Below, piece after piece: positions 9,319 to 19,123 of a DNA stretch of 64,000 bases. A program made the position numbers and the translations under genes. Under the pieces are notes generated by a model. It was not told the origin of the DNA and did not search any database. It saw nothing but the letters and a program-made list of their open reading frames with translations. The stretch lies in sequence record OZ336094.1, one strand, 5' to 3'. The DNA comes from a phage. Every line of letters begins with the position of its first letter. Position 1 is the first letter of the stretch.

Positions 9319-11091
9319 TTAATAAGAACCAGCAGAAATATTTTCTGGGTTACTTGTGTATTGATCGTAATCGTGAAGTGTAGCTGTTTTAATCTCATAG
9401 AAGAAACTACCTGCTGCACCAGTCTCTGAGAACTCACGGTTCTTTAGAATGTAGCAATATGTGCGGTTACGTTCCATAGGATCTTCAGCTTGTTTATCCC
9501 GCTCCAGCGCAATTGTAATACCAGCACCTTTAGCAAGGAAGCTACTACCCATTGCATCATCTTCTACAATATGTTCATTACTATTGTTAGAAGACTTTTT
9601 AACGTGTGAAATTACAACAATGGTTATTGCGTACTCTTTCATAATGCGTTTCAGCCACGTCGCAAGTTCCTCTTGTTGTGACACGTCCATACCAGAAAGC
9701 AAGTCAGAATAAGGGTCGATAACAAGAATGGTTACTCCGAAATAAATAATCATTTCCAGAACCTTCTCTTTAATCACATCTACGTTAGCTCCACGATCAT
9801 CACAAACATAGAAACGTGGTGTTCCATCTTCCCGTTCGTAAAAATCACGAATCTTTTCTTCATTATCTTTTAAAATCTTTTCCTTCTCTTCTTTCGTTTT
9901 ACGGTGAAGAGGGATATGCAAGAATGAAGACAGTAAGTTACGAGAATACTTCTTATACGTTGCCTCCAAAGATAAAATACCAAGAGTATGTTCTGGGTGT
10001 GCAAGAATAATGTGTTTCGTAATCTCGTTAACCAACAGTGTCTTACCGATACTTGTTTTTGCAAGTATAACAGTAATTTCTTCTTCTACCAAGCCTCCAC
10101 CTAACATATTCGAAGCAACACGCATGAATGGAGGAAGGGTGATCATTTTAGCTTCCAGGCATTCCAAGGCTGCTTCATACAGTACGTTAGAAGCGTAAAC
10201 ACCAGCAGGTGTGTACAGTTTAGCTTTGAAAAAGCGATCAATAAAATGATCAATTTTTCCTTCTACTAGTGCCTGGTTAGGATCTTTAACATCCGTTAGT
10301 TCCATCACGTAAACTTTATTACGTGGTAAGATTTTAACACATTTCTCAACTGCTGCACGTCCAGCTTCATCATTATCCATACATAGAACAATCTTTTTAA
10401 ATTGATCTAAGAATTTATAACGATGTTGAAGCTGCTTATGCAGAGATGTTTCGCCACAAGTACCAGATACTACAGCAGGAACAGGATATTTACCACCCTT
10501 GTTATAATCTTTTAGCATCTGTGTTGCAGCCAGCATATCATGTTCACCACCAACGATTAGAATAGTACCGCTGTGGTTACGATATTTAAACTCACCAAAA
10601 AGATCACAATCCTTTCCTGTTTCACCGATAGGATGTGAGAAATCTTTTGGATCGATACGTTGTTTATACCCAGCAATATTGTAATCTTTAGTTGTAGGGT
10701 ATAGTGTTGAAATTACTTCGCCAGTAGCTTCATCGTACATATAGCGTACACCGAAAGGCTTAGAGATATCTTCACGAATACCGCGATAACCTTTTGGATT
10801 AGTTCCAGTGCTGGCTTTTAGTTTATCATGTACTTCTGGATTAAACTCACTACCCAAGATATCCTCCTCTTCAATTTCTTCGCCGTGTGCATTTAACCAT
10901 TTTTGATCAGGGATAGTAAAGCCACAAGAAAAACAATGTGCGCCTCGATGATCTTCATCGGCATCTAAGCCATATACCATCAAATTGTTTTGTGATCGAT
11001 CACGCCCTCCTTTCATACAACGAGGACACCCAGTATGTCCTTCTTGACTTAAATCAATGTTATACCCATATTTATTTACAACATAAGACAC
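9319..11091 (-). CDS. Primase-helicase (T7 gp4-like): N-terminal zinc-ribbon primase plus DnaB-like helicase
   Basis: Zn-binding CPRC...CFSCG at N-terminus; Walker A AKTSIGKT in C-terminal half; 590 aa. Confidence 0.75.
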   Translation of the reverse strand: MSYVVNKYGYNIDLSQEGHTGCPRCMKGGRDRSQNNLMVYGLDADEDHRGAHCFSCGFTIPDQKWLNAHGEEIEEEDILGSEFNPEVHDKLKASTGTNPKGYRGIREDISKPFGVRYMYDEATGEVISTLYPTTKDYNIAGYKQRIDPKDFSHPIGETGKDCDLFGEFKYRNHSGTILIVGGEHDMLAATQMLKDYNKGGKYPVPAVVSGTCGETSLHKQLQHRYKFLDQFKKIVLCMDNDEAGRAAVEKCVKILPRNKVYVMELTDVKDPNQALVEGKIDHFIDRFFKAKLYTPAGVYASNVLYEAALECLEAKMITLPPFMRVASNMLGGGLVEEEITVILAKTSIGKTLLVNEITKHIILAHPEHTLGILSLEATYKKYSRNLLSSFLHIPLHRKTKEEKEKILKDNEEKIRDFYEREDGTPRFYVCDDRGANVDVIKEKVLEMIIYFGVTILVIDPYSDLLSGMDVSQQEELATWLKRIMKEYAITIVVISHVKKSSNNSNEHIVEDDAMGSSFLAKGAGITIALERDKQAEDPMERNRTYCYILKNREFSETGAAGSFFYEIKTATLHDYDQYTSNPENISAGSY

Positions 11092-11103
11092 ATGATTCTC
11101 CTA

Positions 11104-11373
11104 CTAAAATGATTCGTTTGTCTCCATAATATATTGCATTTCCAAATCTTCCATATGTTTCTTAAATTGGTAAACAATTTCCGATGGGGAAATATCTATA
11201 TCAAAAAGTTCTTTTGTACCAGAATAAAATCTAATACCATCAACAATAAGACCACCATAATAATCCCAATCACTTTCTCGTGAGAAAGGATTAGGTTCTT
11301 CATAATAGTAATCTACTTCAACAATAATAGGTTCTTTATTATCTTGTTTATACTCAAAATCAAAAGTGTTCAT
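11104..11373 (-). CDS. Hypothetical protein, 89 aa
   Basis: Track ORF; acidic; start overlaps upstream gene stop. Confidence 0.4.
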   Translation of the reverse strand: MNTFDFEYKQDNKEPIIVEVDYYYEEPNPFSRESDWDYYGGLIVDGIRFYSGTKELFDIDISPSEIVYQFKKHMEDLEMQYIMETNESF

Positions 11374-12317
11374 TATAAATCCTCGATAAGCAGTCTGCGG
11401 GTTTCATTTAAATCATCAATATTGTAGTTATCTCTTACATACTTAGCAAGAGCCAATCCTTTCTCAATACAAACATCAGGAGATTCGATTAAGTATTCTA
11501 CAATATCTTTCCACTCTTTAACTGAATCAGCAAAGAAGATTAGATCTTTAAATTCTTCAGTATAATAGTTCTCTCGTGGAGAACAGACGAGTGGCAAACC
11601 TTTAGCACCAGCTTCAAGAATTTTTAAATTACTTTTGGCATTATTAAAATGATTATTTACTAATGGAGCTATGGAGATTTGATGACCATCGTATGCTTCC
11701 ATATAACACTCATAAGGACGAATACCTTCATAAACACAATCTGGTTGAATATCTTCTTTAATTTGCAACCATTGAGCACTACTTAACTCTTCGTGATCTC
11801 TACGAAATCCACATAAAGTTAAATCTTTACCAAAACCAGGAAGAATTGCTAAATCATGTTTATGTGTTTCACTTCCCGCCCAAACCAGTGGACTTTTAGA
11901 ATAACGGTCTTTCGTAAGAACAAACTGTCCTTCATCAAAAGGTAGTCCGTTAGGCACAATATGTACATTATCATTGTATTGGCTTAATTCAACCTTTAAT
12001 GCCGGAGTTGTTGTAGTTACAAGATCGCTTCTTTCAAGGAACCATTTTAGGTCATCTCGGATTTGATTTTCAAATAATCCTTCAAGCATATGCCCTTCAG
12101 GAATAATTAAAGAATCATCCAGATCCATTACCAATTTAAACCCAAGTTGTTTAAGAGCCAGGAAACCTGGCTTTCCACGTGTTGGTACTCCATTGAACAC
12201 AAAAATATTATGCTTAGGATTAATGGTCAGTTTGCGTTTATATGGCAAAATGATTCTATGAAAATCACATACACTATACTTTTCATTTCCGCGTGTGTCA
12301 AGAATAATATTAGGCAT
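11373..12317 (-). CDS. Putative GT-B fold glycosyltransferase (paralog 1)
   Basis: C-terminal motif KILEAGAKGLPLVCSP resembles the nucleotide-sugar-binding E..G..EA.A.G.P motif of GT1/GT4 enzymes; paralogous to 12329..13342. Confidence 0.45.
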   Translation of the reverse strand: MPNIILDTRGNEKYSVCDFHRIILPYKRKLTINPKHNIFVFNGVPTRGKPGFLALKQLGFKLVMDLDDSLIIPEGHMLEGLFENQIRDDLKWFLERSDLVTTTTPALKVELSQYNDNVHIVPNGLPFDEGQFVLTKDRYSKSPLVWAGSETHKHDLAILPGFGKDLTLCGFRRDHEELSSAQWLQIKEDIQPDCVYEGIRPYECYMEAYDGHQISIAPLVNNHFNNAKSNLKILEAGAKGLPLVCSPRENYYTEEFKDLIFFADSVKEWKDIVEYLIESPDVCIEKGLALAKYVRDNYNIDDLNETRRLLIEDL

Positions 12318-12328
12318 ATAGCTCCTTA

Positions 12329-13342
12329 TTAAAGACTTTCAATAACTTGACGACGCAGTTCATTGGCATCTGCAAGATTATAATTAAGACGAACGTGTTC
12401 TGCAAGCATCATACCACGATCTTCTGTGTATCTAGGGTTCCTCATTAGCTTGACAACTTCATAATGCCAAGATGCTTTAGAGTCTGCATAGATAACAGCC
12501 TTTGCATCTACCGGATTGAAGTACGGCAGCACAGGAGAACAGATAATAGGAAGACCCTTTGCACCTGCTTCCAAAATCTTCAAATTGCTTTTACAGTTGT
12601 TGAAGTCATTATCTACCAGAGGAGCAATTGCAATACTGTGACCGTCATACACAGACATATACTCACCTAAATTTTTAATAGCTGGTTTATACTGTGCATT
12701 TGGAATTTTACGTTTTATTTTAACCCACTCCGCAGTAGTTAGATACTGACTGTTATTTCCAACAGGTGCAGAAGGATACACTTCATACCCTGCAATTGTC
12801 AATAGTGTATCATCAAATGTATTAGCTACAAGAGATAAATCAGGTTCATGGCTTGCTCCTCCAGCCCAAACAATAGGTGTGTCAGAATAACGGTCTTTTG
12901 TTAAAGTAAATTGACCTTCGTCGTAAGGCAGTGCGTTTCTAATAACGACAACATTACGATTTAAATGACGAATTTTGTAAGCTAGGTATTCTGTTGTTAC
13001 TGTAACAACATCTGCTAACTTAACCATCTCTACAATAGTTTTTGAGTGATTAGTAAATACGCCAGCCATATAATGTTCAGGATTAAGCGAATAAAAATCA
13101 TCTAAATCAACAATAATCTTAACACCTTGTGCCTTCAGGCGTTTAACTTCGTCTGATCCACGAGAATACACTCTATTAAAAACTAAAACGTCTTTCTTAG
13201 GCTTAAACGTATTTCCCGCAAATGGCATTACAATACGATGGTAATCACAACCACTGCCTAACTTATTATCACACTTAAGTACAGGAGTATTAGGATTTAC
13301 CATATTTTTGAGCCTCCTCATAAGAGATAAAAGTTTTACCAT
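12329..13342 (-). CDS. Putative GT-B fold glycosyltransferase (paralog 2)
   Basis: Shares motifs with neighbour (DLDD, LTKDRYS, PIVWAGG, KILEAGAKGLPIICSP); tandem paralog. Confidence 0.45.
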   Translation of the reverse strand: MVKLLSLMRRLKNMVNPNTPVLKCDNKLGSGCDYHRIVMPFAGNTFKPKKDVLVFNRVYSRGSDEVKRLKAQGVKIIVDLDDFYSLNPEHYMAGVFTNHSKTIVEMVKLADVVTVTTEYLAYKIRHLNRNVVVIRNALPYDEGQFTLTKDRYSDTPIVWAGGASHEPDLSLVANTFDDTLLTIAGYEVYPSAPVGNNSQYLTTAEWVKIKRKIPNAQYKPAIKNLGEYMSVYDGHSIAIAPLVDNDFNNCKSNLKILEAGAKGLPIICSPVLPYFNPVDAKAVIYADSKASWHYEVVKLMRNPRYTEDRGMMLAEHVRLNYNLADANELRRQVIESL

Positions 13343-14053
13343 TGCGAAGATCCTCCAGTGATTGTTTATATTGTTCCCAGTTTACACCAATCCCCTGTTC
13401 TTTCTCTTCTTTTGACAGATTCGCAAAAGGTAAAGGATTATCTCCAAACACATCGTCAGGATGGATAAACGCCATAATTCGAATAGGACATGGTACACCG
13501 AGAATGCCTCGGTTCAAACCTGCCAGTGGAACGCGCTGAATCCACTCTGCATCTTCATATCCATAACCGTGGGTGTATGAGCGGAAATAGCCAGCTTTCT
13601 CAATAACTGCACGGGAATACATACCAAACTGGCACATACCTAGTTCCCAAATAACCACCTCCCCTTCAATACCTTTTACTTTATCTTTAAAGTATTCAGG
13701 CATACCAAAGAAATCCCAACCATTTTCCTTTGCCTCTCCCCTTCAATACCTTTTACTTTATCTTTAAAGTATTCAGGCATACCAAAGAAATCCCAACCAT
13801 TTTCCTTTGCCTGTTTTACAAAATATGTTTCCCACCCTGGAACAACAGGATAGCAATCATCATCAAAAATAAACCAGTAGTCATACCCTTCATCATAAAA
13901 CTTTTTCATCAGTTCATTACGGGCATATGCAACACCTTTTCGTTCACGATCATACTGTACAACAAAAGTAGCATTAGGATCAGTCACAAGATAATCTTTA
14001 AGAGGACGCTTACCTACAGTAATAACACCAACACCAATTTTTGTATTTTCCAA
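13290..14053 (-). pseudogene. GT-A-like glycosyltransferase gene disrupted by a 77-bp perfect tandem duplication (frameshift)
   Basis: Track ORFs 13676..14053 and 13290..13703 both encode GMPEYFKDKVKGIEGE; removing one repeat copy restores a single ~237-aa ORF with a DDD motif (YDYWFIFDDDCYP). Confidence 0.6.
13659..13812. repeat. Perfect direct tandem duplication, 2 x 77 bp, inside a coding sequence
   Basis: Identical copies at about 13659-13735 and 13736-13812 (ctccccttcaatacc...ttttcctttgcct); 77 is not a multiple of 3. Confidence 0.85.
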
Positions 14054-14062
14054 AATAACTCC

Positions 14063-14626
14063 TTAAATAATTTTATTCATGTCTTGACAATGTAAAAGGT
14101 GTGAAACAGCTTTTCTAGGATCATCATTACCTAAACGGTATGTGTGAAATAAATATAACCCACGTAGTAAACCTAGCCTTTTATTGTTAGCGTGCAATGC
14201 TTTAGAGAAAATTATATCAAACTGTATTGATCTTTCCTCAAAAGGGATTTCATTCCACAGACTCTTACGAAAGAGAAGAAAGAATCCTGCTAAGATAGCA
14301 TCTGTAGGTACTTCCTCTATTGAGTTTCCCCATTCTAGATGTGCTCTTTTTGCAATCTCAATGTGGTGTAATATATTCGGATCTTCACTTCTTTCATTAT
14401 TAAATAATTGATATGTTGATCCCAATCTGTTACAAGATGCACCAAGAACATCAAAATCAGGATTTGAACGGACAATTGATTCCAGCCAAGCAGGTTGTTC
14501 TGGAAGAAGAAACATTGTATCAATGTCTCTTAGGCAAATCCAACTATCTTCTGGTAAGACACTTATTGTGTCATTGATACCTTTTCCAATATCTCCAGAA
14601 AGATAGGGAGTTATGTGAAATATCAT
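14063..14626 (-). CDS. Hypothetical protein, possible nucleotide-sugar transferase
   Basis: 187 aa; DxD-like segment WICLRDIDTMF; sits in the glycosyltransferase cluster; weak call. Confidence 0.3.
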   Translation of the reverse strand: MIFHITPYLSGDIGKGINDTISVLPEDSWICLRDIDTMFLLPEQPAWLESIVRSNPDFDVLGASCNRLGSTYQLFNNERSEDPNILHHIEIAKRAHLEWGNSIEEVPTDAILAGFFLLFRKSLWNEIPFEERSIQFDIIFSKALHANNKRLGLLRGLYLFHTYRLGNDDPRKAVSHLLHCQDMNKII

Positions 14627-14683
14627 ACTCCCTCCGTATTATTACTTTAGCATTTTTAGACTAAAAAGTCCAAATGGTTTTAC

Positions 14684-14878
14684 CTATTGATTACGTTTTG
14701 CGAGTTCCATTTGGATAGCTAAACTGTGATCTCGTGCTTCCATATACTCTTTATATGTTTCATTAAGATGATCACGACAAACATCACGCAGTTTAATCAG
14801 TTTATCTGTAGGGATACCACTAAGATCATCCCAAGATTTTACAACTTCACCAGTATCATTGATCCCAATGGTTTTCAT
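14684..14878 (-). CDS. Hypothetical protein, 64 aa
   Basis: Track ORF in co-oriented array. Confidence 0.4.
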   Translation of the reverse strand: MKTIGINDTGEVVKSWDDLSGIPTDKLIKLRDVCRDHLNETYKEYMEARDHSLAIQMELAKRNQ

Positions 14879-15086
14879 CTACAACCTCCTTAATTGCTAC
14901 AGCACAGTTTTTGCAGATACACTGCCCTTTACCTTTAGAAATCTGGATGTAAGGTTCATTTTCATTTTCGCCCTTACGTGAGTCATATATTACAGTATTG
15001 AAGCACACAACGCAAATATTTTTTAAGATTGTATACTTATCAACTTTCTTTTTTGTTTTAAAGTTAACTTCAATAACATCAGCCAT
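14856..15086 (-). CDS. Hypothetical zinc-ribbon protein, 76 aa (start refined)
   Basis: Two CxxC pairs (CVVC...CKNC); internal ATG overlaps upstream stop (TGATG coupling). Confidence 0.4.
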   Translation of the reverse strand: MADVIEVNFKTKKKVDKYTILKNICVVCFNTVIYDSRKGENENEPYIQISKGKGQCICKNCAVAIKEVVDENHWDQ

Positions 15087-15364
15087 CAGTGTAACACTCC
15101 CAGTATGTTGCTTTGTGACATAACCATAGAACATTCAACATTATCGTGACTACGTGAAAAACGTTCCCAAACCTCTTCATCGACTCGTAAAGCTATACAA
15201 GGATAGACGTTATCATTGATCATTTCAATTGAATAAACATCCATATTGTCTTCGTCTTCGATGAACATCATTGCAAACTGTTCTAAATGTTTCCTAATGT
15301 AATGTACATCCTCTTCTGTAAGACCAATAACAAGATAACTTGCAACGATAACGCCATCTTTCAT
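15086..15364 (-). CDS. Hypothetical protein, 92 aa
   Basis: Track ORF; acidic. Confidence 0.4.
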   Translation of the reverse strand: MKDGVIVASYLVIGLTEEDVHYIRKHLEQFAMMFIEDEDNMDVYSIEMINDNVYPCIALRVDEEVWERFSRSHDNVECSMVMSQSNILGVLH

Positions 15365-15374
15365 CTATATCTCC

Positions 15375-15884
15375 TTAGCGATAGAATTGATGTTCTTTGT
15401 AGCGGTACACTAGAACCATATCTTTTTCCCAGTGTGCTCTTATTGTAGATTTTTTAAAGTATAATGCTCCTTTTGTAATATCTAATGCAATTCGTAATTC
15501 TGGAAAATGCGTATCGAGATAAAGTAGACGTTCTGCTATAGCCTTAGCTTCCTTCCACTTATCACGTTCCATAACGTTGAATGTCTTTGTGTAAGAGAAT
15601 TGTCCTTTTTGAAACAAAACTTCTTTTATAGTATCAGGGAAATATGAATCTCTAGCCCTATTCAATACTACATTACCAACAGCAGACATACCGCGCTTTC
15701 CTTGATTACGACTTTCTGCATAGATTGCACAAGCTAATAGATTTTCTTTACTATCACGCTTTGTACACTTGTGAACTACTTTAGCAGTTTTTACGTTTGC
15801 AGCTTCGGCTTGCGCCACAACAGGTGTAAATGTAAAAGCAGTTAAGGATAGTAACGCAATTGCGACAAAGGTTTTTATTGACAA
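15375..15884 (-). CDS. Secreted cell-wall hydrolase, SleB/CwlJ family; candidate endolysin or lytic accessory enzyme
   Basis: N-terminal signal peptide (FVAIALLSLTAFTFTPVVAQA); motifs AIYAESRNQ and GMSAVGNVVLNR typical of SleB-type hydrolases. Confidence 0.6.
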   Translation of the reverse strand: MSIKTFVAIALLSLTAFTFTPVVAQAEAANVKTAKVVHKCTKRDSKENLLACAIYAESRNQGKRGMSAVGNVVLNRARDSYFPDTIKEVLFQKGQFSYTKTFNVMERDKWKEAKAIAERLLYLDTHFPELRIALDITKGALYFKKSTIRAHWEKDMVLVYRYKEHQFYR

Positions 15885-15977
15885 ACTTGCCTCCTATTTT
15901 GTTAAACGAACTTTTATTGTAACACAGAAGAGGCTGTTTTGCAAGTGGAGGGGGATAATCCCCCCTCTTACACCCTG

Positions 15978-16580
15978 TTAGATGTTGTAAACCTTCGTAT
16001 GAGTTACTACACCATCTTCTACAAAATCAATACGTTCTTGATCCGTAACTAGTGCAGACAATACTTTAAATTTAATTGTTACACGTTCAAAAGCTGGTTG
16101 ACCATCTTTAAGATAATTATGTTCAGTTGTTACTGTCTTGTTTACAAAATCAACTTTTGCTTTACCGTTTTCGCGTAGGTGGAATGTTTTTCCTGCTTTG
16201 TACACAATTTCAACATTACCTTCGAGAGTAATTCCTTCAAAAAGTTCACCCTCTTCTTCATTTTCTTCATTTTTGAACAGACGACGAAACTCTTCCATAT
16301 CAAGATAAACAACATCTTCAGAATAACTATCAGTAAGGTATGTCTTACCATCCATTAACCCGAAATATTGCCAGATTGCAGAATAAACATCACTAGTTGA
16401 TCCAAGGGTTTCTCTGAGTTTAGTTCCACGGATTACTTCATAAACTTCAAAATTGAAACCAGACTGCAAAGCATTAAACAGTACATCACTAACTTCTAAA
16501 GCATAATCTTCATTGTTGTCAATATCCACAAGAAAATTACCGCTACGAATAAGTTTTTGACCTTCTAAAGTAATACCCAT
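15978..16580 (-). CDS. Hypothetical protein, 200 aa
   Basis: Track ORF adjacent to TerD-like gene; no motif recognised. Confidence 0.45.
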   Translation of the reverse strand: MGITLEGQKLIRSGNFLVDIDNNEDYALEVSDVLFNALQSGFNFEVYEVIRGTKLRETLGSTSDVYSAIWQYFGLMDGKTYLTDSYSEDVVYLDMEEFRRLFKNEENEEEGELFEGITLEGNVEIVYKAGKTFHLRENGKAKVDFVNKTVTTEHNYLKDGQPAFERVTIKFKVLSALVTDQERIDFVEDGVVTHTKVYNI

Positions 16581-16599
16581 TGTTTTCTCCTCTTTTATT

Positions 16600-16626
16600 T
16601 AAAATATGCGCCCCGAAGGGCGCTAT
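16600..16626 (-). terminator. Terminator hairpin (GCGCCC-CGAA-GGGCGC) downstream of the TerD-like gene
   Basis: 6-bp GC stem with tetraloop, T-rich tract follows on minus strand. Confidence 0.5.
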
Positions 16627-16632
16627 GATTTA

Positions 16633-17229
16633 TTACTCGAACCAATCGTCGCCAGCGCCAAACGCTTTAACTACATCATAAATGTCAAGTCCAGCTTTAC
16701 CTACACCATATGCTTTCAGTTTCCATTCGCTATCTTCCCGCACCAGGGAGGCAACGTGGCAAATGGTGTTACCTGCAAGTTCTGGAGCCAAGAAATCAAA
16801 ATCCAGCAGTTCAACGTTACGTTCATCATCGAAGATTTTAAGGAAACCTTCGGTAGCGTGACCAAGGCGTTTTTTACCCGTTTCGTCATCAATAGTAATT
16901 ACGAATGCAATTTCCTGTGCTTCAGCAGAGATATTATCCAGTGTAACATCAATCTGCTCCATCTGTCCTACACCGTCACGAACATCTTCACCTGCAAAAG
17001 TAGAACGTTCAGGATCAAATTTCTGTGCGTAGCATACCAGGTGGCGAGGAGACAACAGTTCCGGCAGACCAGATGCATTGTGTCGGCAAATCAGAGCACT
17101 AACATCCAGATCCAGTTTTTCGTTAGATTTCCAAGAGAATTCCAGACGAATGCGTTTCAGTGCTGGTGCAATCTTTTTCAGAGAAACTTTTTCGCTAGAA
17201 CCTTTTTTCAGGGAAATTTTCTGAGTCAT
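16633..17229 (-). CDS. terD: TerD-family protein (tellurite-resistance / stress-response TerD domain)
   Basis: 198 aa, typical TerD size; segments LDLDVSALIC and FAGEDVRDGVG...IDV resemble TerD Ca-binding motifs; RBS aaggag. Confidence 0.6.
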   Translation of the reverse strand: MTQKISLKKGSSEKVSLKKIAPALKRIRLEFSWKSNEKLDLDVSALICRHNASGLPELLSPRHLVCYAQKFDPERSTFAGEDVRDGVGQMEQIDVTLDNISAEAQEIAFVITIDDETGKKRLGHATEGFLKIFDDERNVELLDFDFLAPELAGNTICHVASLVREDSEWKLKAYGVGKAGLDIYDVVKAFGAGDDWFE

Positions 17230-17301
17230 AATTTATTATCTCCTTTGTTGTTAATTTACGTTGTCTATTTTACTAATCTTTTCTACAAAGTCAAGCGTTT
17301 T

Positions 17302-18096
17302 TTACGCTTTTGCTCCAAATTTTTTAACCCACTCACCAAACTCTTCGGATAGCAGTTTATCGTAAAGTTCTTCGTCAGACAAGGACAAATCTGCAATACC
17401 GATAAAATCAACATTATCGTATTCTTTTGCCAAGTCTTTCAGGAATTTAAAGTTTGCATTGCCTACACCAACCATAAACCAGTAAACAGGAGTGTTGCGG
17501 TGTTTGTTCAGCAAACTACGTACTGCTGAAGTATCCATGTTCTCCCCGTCAGTTTGGAAGAAAATCATTGCAGGAGTACGATCAACTTGTGCATCAGTAT
17601 CTACAACCTGTTCTACAACAGTACGTGTAACTTCTACACGTTCTTTTTTACCAGTTAGTTTAGCAAGGAAACCCTTAGCCGGAACTTCTTCATACTCAAC
17701 GACTTCGCGTGTAATATTTTTCATAGGTACACTACCGAAGTATGTATCATAGATCTCTTGCATTACTGGGGCATAAGCTGTACCACCATTGATGCAAACA
17801 TTAGACATACAAGAGCCGACATAATCATCATATACATCAGCCGTTGCAGGAGGCAGTTCAAAAGAAGAACTATTGAAAGCCCACATGTCAATCTGTGCAT
17901 TATCATCAAACTTCATACCAAACGGCAGCAGTTTACCTACAAAATCACTAACAGTGCCATCACGATACAGCTCACACATACTACCCGAAATATCTAAGGC
18001 ACTACCGACACGAAGAACAACATCGTTAATCTTTTTCTTACGCAGAGATACGGTAAGAGTTTCTTGACGTTTTTTAAGACTGATTTTATTGGACAT
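17302..18096 (-). CDS. von Willebrand factor A domain protein (TerY-like)
   Basis: MIDAS motif DISGSM near N-terminus; 264 aa; adjacent to TerD. Confidence 0.6.
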   Translation of the reverse strand: MSNKISLKKRQETLTVSLRKKKINDVVLRVGSALDISGSMCELYRDGTVSDFVGKLLPFGMKFDDNAQIDMWAFNSSSFELPPATADVYDDYVGSCMSNVCINGGTAYAPVMQEIYDTYFGSVPMKNITREVVEYEEVPAKGFLAKLTGKKERVEVTRTVVEQVVDTDAQVDRTPAMIFFQTDGENMDTSAVRSLLNKHRNTPVYWFMVGVGNANFKFLKDLAKEYDNVDFIGIADLSLSDEELYDKLLSEEFGEWVKKFGAKA

Positions 18097-18097
18097 A

Positions 18098-18367
18098 TTA
18101 TTTCTCCTTTCTGAGTGTAATGTTAGTAACTTCTAAATCCACTTCTACCATTTCTGTATCATACGAAATACAGCTAAGTTGACCTCTTTGCGAACCGTTC
18201 AGACACATTGCTTGGTTTGTATTAACCTTAATAAACACTAAGTTTCTGAACGTATCTAAACCAGAATCTTGATAGGCAACATAATATACAAATGTATCAC
18301 CTACGTCAAGTTCTCCAAAACATTTAGGTTCATCTGATTTGTCGTCTTTGATATTAAATTTAAGCAC
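18098..18367 (-). CDS. Hypothetical protein, 89 aa
   Basis: Track ORF in co-oriented array. Confidence 0.4.
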   Translation of the reverse strand: MLKFNIKDDKSDEPKCFGELDVGDTFVYYVAYQDSGLDTFRNLVFIKVNTNQAMCLNGSQRGQLSCISYDTEMVEVDLEVTNITLRKEK

Positions 18368-18923
18368 TGTCTTCTCCTTTACCTGCTCTCAAGCCTAAAT
18401 AGAAAGCCTCTCTGGTGATCTTTTGCAACTCGTTTAAAGAGATAGTTACAACTAAATCATCTTCAATTTCTAGCTTTGAGTCTTCTTCTGTCTCAATGCA
18501 AGTATTATGCACTTTGTGGTAAGGATTGTCAACACGTTTAAATTTATTATTTTCAGTGCTGAAGAAGCAATCTGGATCTTCTTCCCCATCACCCCAACCC
18601 TGGTTAGGATCTTCTTCAGATCTTTCTGTTGGGATCTCGCCTGTAAAGTGCTCTTCTAATACCAGAGCAATCCCATCTCCAAGATCGGAAGAGAACATCA
18701 AATTACAAACTTCTTCCCAAGGCATAGACCACTTAAATCTTTTACGATTGCCATGTTTATCTTCTTCGTTAGAGAAAACACTACCATAGCTATCATAATT
18801 CCCATACATCTCTTCGACTACCTTACCACCTTTCAAAAGAAATAGGTAGCAAGGAGAGCCATCGAAAGAGGTAGAAAGAGCAGCATTACCAGACTCTTTG
18901 CACAAGAAACTAAAACACCCCAT
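18360..18923 (-). CDS. Hypothetical protein, 187 aa
   Basis: Track ORF; acidic C-terminal half. Confidence 0.45.
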   Translation of the reverse strand: MGCFSFLCKESGNAALSTSFDGSPCYLFLLKGGKVVEEMYGNYDSYGSVFSNEEDKHGNRKRFKWSMPWEEVCNLMFSSDLGDGIALVLEEHFTGEIPTERSEEDPNQGWGDGEEDPDCFFSTENNKFKRVDNPYHKVHNTCIETEEDSKLEIEDDLVVTISLNELQKITREAFYLGLRAGKGEDSA

Positions 18924-19123
18924 TATACACCAGCCTTAAGATCAATTAAAGCCAAAGTTGTTTCAGAGTGTGTTTGCTCGTCTACAGGTGCAGTCATATG
19001 ATAATACAAAAAATCTTCGGCATCATACCAATCTGATTCTTGACCTTGTTTCCAACCATCAATGAAAGCATCTTCCACAATGGTTTGCAATTCTTCACGA
19101 GTTAAGTGAATATCTTTACTCAT
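18923..19123 (-). CDS. Hypothetical protein, 66 aa
   Basis: Track ORF; stop/start overlaps with neighbours. Confidence 0.4.
   Translation of the reverse strand: MSKDIHLTREELQTIVEDAFIDGWKQGQESDWYDAEDFLYYHMTAPVDEQTHSETTLALIDLKAGV

Noticed and set aside
16606-17352. 248-aa plus-strand ORF
   Set aside because: Lies entirely antisense to the well-supported TerD gene and its flanks, has low-complexity composition and no RBS; an antisense artefact.
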